Positions 59,997 through 64,000 of a stretch of DNA of 64,000 nt are shown here, piece after piece; positions within the stretch are counted from its first letter, which is position 1; every line of letters begins with the position of its first letter. Origin of the DNA: an uncultured Actinomycetota bacterium (GTDB lineage: Bacteria; Actinomycetota; Actinomycetes; Streptosporangiales; Streptosporangiaceae); NCBI GenBank assembly GCA_963777905.1, contig CAVZSM010000034.1, positions 39,691 through 103,690 on the forward strand, read 5' to 3'. The position numbers and the translations under genes are program-made. Under the pieces are notes generated by a model, which was not told the origin of the DNA, did no database searches, and saw nothing but the letters and a program-made list of their open reading frames with translations.

Positions 59997-61687
59997 AGCG
60001 GGTCGCTCTCCCGCAGCCGCCCGTCCCTGGACAGTCGCAGCCAGCGGCTGATCCCGATCGAGCGGAGGAACGGCGCGTCGTGGCTCGCCACCAGCAATGC
60101 TCCCTGATAACAGGACAGCGCCTCGGACAGCTGCCGCGCCGACGCCATGTCCAGGTTGTTCGTCGGCTCGTCGAGCAGCAGCAGCTGCGGCGGGGGCTGA
60201 GCGAGCAGCAGCGCCGCGAGCACCGCGCGGAACCGCTCGCCGCCGGACAGCGTCCCGGCGGGCTGATCCGCCCGCGGCCCGCGGAACAGGAACCGCGCCA
60301 GCCCCGCCCGCACCTCGTTGACTGAGGCGGCGGGCGCGACCGCACGCACGTTCTCCACCACGGACGCCGACTCGTCCAGCACGTCGAGCCGCTGCGGCAG
60401 GTAGCCGACCGCGCCGGTCAACCGGACCGTCAGCCCCCCAGGCAGGCCGTCCAGCTCCCCGGTGATATGGCGCAGCAGGGTGGTCTTTCCCGCGCCGTTC
60501 GGCCCGGAGAGCGCGACCCGCTCTGGCCCGCGAACGACGAGCTCATCAAGCGCGCCAAGCGCCGCCTCCTCGGAGGACTCGCCGACCTCGACAGCAGGCC
60601 GCCACGGCAGCCACGCCCCGTCGAGCCCCCGCACGGTCAGCACGGTCCGCCCGGCCGGCACCGCGGTCCCCGGCAGCGCGATCCTGATCGTGTCGTCGTC
60701 GCGGACCGCCTCTTCCGCCTCGGTCAGCCGCTCCTCCGCGGCGGCGACGCGATCCAGGCCGATCTCCCGCGACCGCCCCGCGGTCTCCTGCGCGGCGCGC
60801 TTGCGCGCGAACGCCACGATCCGCGGCAGACCGCCTGACGCGGCCACCGCACGGCCCTGCCGGTCGCGCCGCGCCTGCTTGGTCTGGTTCGCCATCAGGT
60901 CGCGTTTCTCCCGCCGGACGCCGGCTTCTGCCACGGCGACCGCGCGCCGCGCCGCGGCCTGTTCGGTCGCCAGCTGCGCCTCGTACGCCTCGAGGTTCCC
61001 TCCGTACATGCGCAGCGAGCCGCCCGGGGGGCCTGGCGCCCCACGCGGCCCGGGCGCCCCGGTCAGCTCGGCGATCTGGTCCATCAGCGCCAGCAGCTCG
61101 CGGTCGTGGCTGACGATGAGCATGACTCCCGGCCAGGATTCCACCGCCGCGCACAGCCGGCGCCGGGCGTCCAGGTCCAGGTTGTTCGTCGGCTCGTCGA
61201 GCACGATCACCGGCGGCCGCCGCAGGAACAGCGCCGCCAGTGCCGTCAGCACGGCCTCGCCGCCGGACAGCCGCCCCACCCGGTCGTCGAGCCCGACGTG
61301 CCCGAGGCCCAGCCGGGACAGCCAGGCCTGCGCCCGGTCCGCCACGTCCCAGTCATCGCCGACCGCGTCGAACAGTTCCGGCCGGACGTCGCCCGCCTCG
61401 ATCGCGGCGATCGCGTCCATCGCGGCGGCGATGCCGAGCAGCGACGCGACCGAGGCGCCGGTGTCCAGCGTGAGGTCTTGCGGCAGGTAGCCGACCTCGC
61501 CGGTCACGGTTACCGACCCGGAGGCGGGCCGCAGTTCTCCCGTGATGAGCCGGAGTAGGGTGGACTTGCCAGAGCCGTTAACGCCGATCAGCCCTGTCCT
61601 GCCGGGTCCGAAAGCAGCGTTGAGCCCCGACAGCACCACGCGGCCGTTCGGGAAAGAAAAAGACAGATCGCTCAGTACGACAGACAT
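59993..61687 (-). CDS. ABC-F family ATPase (two NBDs, no TMD)
   Basis: ATG at 61687 inside ORF 59993..61987. Two Walker A motifs (GVNGSGKST, GPNGAGKTT), two LSGGE signatures, and a charged inter-domain linker. GAPGPRGAPGPPG insertion in NBD1. Confidence 0.85.
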   Translation of the reverse strand: MSVVLSDLSFSFPNGRVVLSGLNAAFGPGRTGLIGVNGSGKSTLLRLITGELRPASGSVTVTGEVGYLPQDLTLDTGASVASLLGIAAAMDAIAAIEAGDVRPELFDAVGDDWDVADRAQAWLSRLGLGHVGLDDRVGRLSGGEAVLTALAALFLRRPPVIVLDEPTNNLDLDARRRLCAAVESWPGVMLIVSHDRELLALMDQIAELTGAPGPRGAPGPPGGSLRMYGGNLEAYEAQLATEQAAARRAVAVAEAGVRREKRDLMANQTKQARRDRQGRAVAASGGLPRIVAFARKRAAQETAGRSREIGLDRVAAAEERLTEAEEAVRDDDTIRIALPGTAVPAGRTVLTVRGLDGAWLPWRPAVEVGESSEEAALGALDELVVRGPERVALSGPNGAGKTTLLRHITGELDGLPGGLTVRLTGAVGYLPQRLDVLDESASVVENVRAVAPAASVNEVRAGLARFLFRGPRADQPAGTLSGGERFRAVLAALLLAQPPPQLLLLDEPTNNLDMASARQLSEALSCYQGALLVASHDAPFLRSIGISRWLRLSRDGRLRESDPL

Positions 61688-61799
61688 GTGGCAGCTCCAG
61701 ATGAGGTCTCGAGATGAGGTCGACCTCAGAGCTTCAAGCCACTCTCCGTCCGCCGGGGAAACAACACAGTCAACGATACCGGGTCTCTTGGGAGAACGC

Positions 61800-62081
61800 A
61801 TGATCAAGACGACGAAGCCGAGCGGCGCTGGCATGGTCAAGATCACCTTTTCGCTGCCGACGGAGGAGCCGACGGGCGCCGTTTCCGTGGTCGGCGACTT
61901 CAACAACTGGGATCCGTCCGCGCACCCGCTGCGGGTGCGCTCCAACCAGACCCGCAGCGTCTCGGTGACGGTACCGGAGGGCAGCACGCTGCGGTTCCGC
62001 TACCTGGCCGAGGGCGGGATGTGGTTCGACGACGAGACGATCCCGGCCGCGGACGGCGGCGACCCGGTGCTCGCGGTCTGA
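61800..62081 (+). CDS. isoamylase early-set / CBM48 (AMPK beta GBD-like) domain protein
   Basis: 93 aa. VKITFSLP...VSVVGDFNNWDP..HPL......W...V.VPEG...FRYL. Confidence 0.7.
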   Translation: MIKTTKPSGAGMVKITFSLPTEEPTGAVSVVGDFNNWDPSAHPLRVRSNQTRSVSVTVPEGSTLRFRYLAEGGMWFDDETIPAADGGDPVLAV

Positions 62082-62083
62082 CC

Positions 62084-63160
62084 TTAGCCGCCCCTGACCT
62101 CGCGTACGCCGGCTTCCCTGACGACGCGGGCGTGCTCCCGCATGGTCTCGGTGCCGTCGGCGCCTGGCTGCCGGCCGAACCCGCAGTACATGGCGACGCC
62201 GAAGTCGCCGATGTAGCGCGACGCGGTGGCGACCCGCCGCCGTAGCCCCGCGGTCCCGTCGATCGGCAGCACGATGCCGAGGTACACCCGCGCGTCACCG
62301 GGTTCGAGGTCGACGAGCGGCCGGAAGAACGTGCGGTCCTCGCTGCGCAGGTACCGCGGCCCGGCCAGGTGCAGCCAGTCCACGAGCCTGCCGGAGTTCG
62401 CCACCGCGAAGTTCGCCATGCGCACCAGCACCTCCATGTCGCGCGCCTCGTACATCGGCCACTCGGGGAACGTCCCGTAGCACAGGTGATACCCGAGCAG
62501 CACCTCCTCGGGGAGGAGGCGCGACAGCCGAGTGACCGGCCCGGCGAACCGCTCCCACGCGCCCTCAGGCGTCCAGGCGAGGACGCGCTCGATGTCCTGC
62601 GTCTCGTACGCCATGTCCCACTGGATGGCCAGGTCACCGGGCGGGATCGCGGCGGTCAGCCGGCGCAGCTCCCGCGCCGCGAGGTCCTCGAACGCGCGCT
62701 CGGCGACGGGGTAGTCGCGGGCGAAGTCGGCCTTGAACCCGTTCAGCGCGCTGGACGGGAACGGCAGGCCCACCTGGAACCGCAGTCCCGCCGGGATCAC
62801 CCCGGCGTCTCGCAGCTCGCGGAACACCGCGTACGACTCGATCGCGTCGTCGATCCGCGGCCAGGACTCCCAGCGCAGTTCGGTGACTCCCGGCTTGACG
62901 GCGAACACCGGGGTCTCGTAGGCATGCCGCGGAATCCCGGTCGGCAACTCGGTCTCCTCGACGGTCGCCACGCCCTCGTTCGGCCGGACAAGGCGTTCCC
63001 GCTCGTAGCCGACCCAGGCCGCCCGCGGCCCGGTCTCGCCGTCAGGCAGCGCGAACACCAGGTCGCCGAAGAACCCCGCCGCCTCGCGCAACGCCGTCTC
63101 TGTCGAGTCAGCCGGCAGGCTTCCTACGAGCAGTAGCTCACTGTTAACTCGCCGTGCCAT
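62084..63160 (-). CDS. UROD/MetE-like superfamily protein (cobalamin-independent Met-synthase-like Zn site suspected)
   Basis: ATG at 63160 inside ORF 62084..63655. GYHLCYG and AMYCGFGR resemble MetE-type His/Cys zinc ligands. No closer family recognised. Confidence 0.55.
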   Translation of the reverse strand: MARRVNSELLLVGSLPADSTETALREAAGFFGDLVFALPDGETGPRAAWVGYERERLVRPNEGVATVEETELPTGIPRHAYETPVFAVKPGVTELRWESWPRIDDAIESYAVFRELRDAGVIPAGLRFQVGLPFPSSALNGFKADFARDYPVAERAFEDLAARELRRLTAAIPPGDLAIQWDMAYETQDIERVLAWTPEGAWERFAGPVTRLSRLLPEEVLLGYHLCYGTFPEWPMYEARDMEVLVRMANFAVANSGRLVDWLHLAGPRYLRSEDRTFFRPLVDLEPGDARVYLGIVLPIDGTAGLRRRVATASRYIGDFGVAMYCGFGRQPGADGTETMREHARVVREAGVREVRGG

Positions 63161-63255
63161 TTCGCTGCCTCCAATGATTTTCCCGAACGGGCCCGTCGTG
63201 ACTCCCACGGCTACGCTTACACCGACGGGCGGTGCGATCGCAACGCACCCTCCCG

Positions 63256-63312
63256 TTGGTAGTCGATGTGACAACGTCCACCCTCTTTGGTAGTCGATGT
63301 GACATCGTCCAC
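63256..63312. promoter_or_regulatory. two 26-bp direct repeats (31-bp period), each with a CGATGT-G-ACA(T/A)CG palindrome
   Basis: TTGGTAGTCGATGTGACAACGTCCAC (63256-63281) and TTGGTAGTCGATGTGACATCGTCCAC (63287-63312). Located in the divergent promoter region between 63160 (-) and 63339 (+). Confidence 0.45.
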
Positions 63313-63338
63313 GTTCGCGCCGCCGGCTGGAGGCACCC

Positions 63339-64000
63339 ATGGACTCGTTCGCTGGAAAACTCGCCGTGGTGACCGGCGGCGGCTCCGGCATCGGCCGGGA
63401 GCTGGTCAGGCAGCTCTCCGCCGCGGGCTGCTCGGTCGCGGCGTGCGACCTCAACGCCGACACGATCGCCGAGACGGTGACGCAGGGGCGGCCGGGCGTC
63501 GCCGCCGAGGTGACGGTCACCGGCCACGTCTGCGACGTCTCCGACGAGGCGCAGGTGCTGCGGTTCCGCGACGAACTGCTCGATGCGCATGACGCGGACC
63601 ACGTCGACCTGGTGTTCAGCAACGCGGGCGTCGGCGGGGCCGGCAGCTTCATCAAGGACTCCCGCGAGGACTGGGAGCGCGTTTTCGCCGTCGACTGGTG
63701 GGGCGTCTACTACTGCGCCCGCGCGTTCCTGCCGTTGCTCATCAAGAGCGCCGAAGGAGTGCTCGTCAACACCAGCAGCGCCAACGGCTTCTTCGCGACG
63801 CTGGGACCCGGTGCGCCGCACACCGCCTACAGCACGGCGAAGTTCGCCGTGAAGGGCTTCTCCGAGTCGCTCATCGAGGACCTGCGCACGAACGCGCCGC
63901 ACGTCCGGGTCGCCGTCGTGATGCCGGGGCACGTGGGCACCAACATCGTCGCCAACTCATTGCGCGCGTTCGGCCTGGACGCCGAGCACATGACCGATGA
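63339..64000 (+). CDS. SDR family oxidoreductase (partial, runs off the window)
   Basis: Absent from the ORF track (no stop in the window). ATG at 63339 after GGAGG. MDSFAGKLAVVTGGGSGIGREL..., NAG, and the YSTAK catalytic motif. Confidence 0.8.
   Translation, partial: MDSFAGKLAVVTGGGSGIGRELVRQLSAAGCSVAACDLNADTIAETVTQGRPGVAAEVTVTGHVCDVSDEAQVLRFRDELLDAHDADHVDLVFSNAGVGGAGSFIKDSREDWERVFAVDWWGVYYCARAFLPLLIKSAEGVLVNTSSANGFFATLGPGAPHTAYSTAKFAVKGFSESLIEDLRTNAPHVRVAVVMPGHVGTNIVANSLRAFGLDAEHMTD

Noticed and set aside
61025-61060. GAPGPR/GAPGPP insertion in NBD1 of the ABC-F protein, considered as another tandem duplication.
   Set aside because: The two 18-bp units are only about two-thirds identical by eye. 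It is probably an old, diverged duplication or simply low complexity, so I did not count it with the perfect repeats.
1-64000. Searched by eye for tRNA T-loop signatures (GGTTCGAATCC and its complement), rRNA, CRISPR-like regularly spaced repeats, IS terminal inverted repeats, and transposase/integrase ORFs.
   Set aside because: None found. The only repeats are the short tandem duplications, the two long direct-repeat pairs and the isolated hairpin, all reported above.

Overview
High-GC (about 70% by eye) actinomycete-type chromosomal segment. It is densely coded, with many GTG/TTG starts and 4-bp ATGA/GTGA translational couplings. I saw no rRNA, tRNA, CRISPR array, transposase or integrase.

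Recognisable blocks, in order:
- Purine catabolism on the minus strand (guaD-xdhC-xdhB-xdhA plus urate oxidase).
- thyX.
- A ccdA / GT87 envelope cluster.
- polX.
- fadA-fadB.
- Two tandem Methyltransf_19 genes plus a fragment of a third.
- arsR-arsM.
- A large FtsX-type permease.
- alkA-like glycosylase, DUF899 and phosphotriesterase-like genes.
- The complete phenylacetate module (paaR-paaK divergent from paaABCDE, with a PaaR-type operator).
- A LuxR-type two-component locus with two paralogous multi-TM kinases.
- HxlR and an MFS transporter.
- A long minus-strand operon at 52962-58689.
- LLM oxidoreductase, ABC-F ATPase, a CBM48 protein, a MetE-like protein and an SDR.

Most unusual observations:
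1. Two plus-strand cassettes are each bracketed by long direct repeats that duplicate the 3' end of the minus-strand gene to their right. One is a hicAB-like pair. The other is an extra CysRS-like gene whose HIGH motif reads HAGN.
2. There is a high density of perfect 9-18 bp tandem duplications, mostly in frame and often at gene ends.
3. A stand-alone protein with tentative RelA/SpoT-like motifs lies next to a YqeY (tRNA-tail-like) gene.
4. Several genes look decayed or altered: a frameshift, an internal deletion, a lost stop codon, and a lost catalytic Cys.

All calls rest on reading the translated ORFs and the nucleotide sequence by eye. No searches or computations were run.
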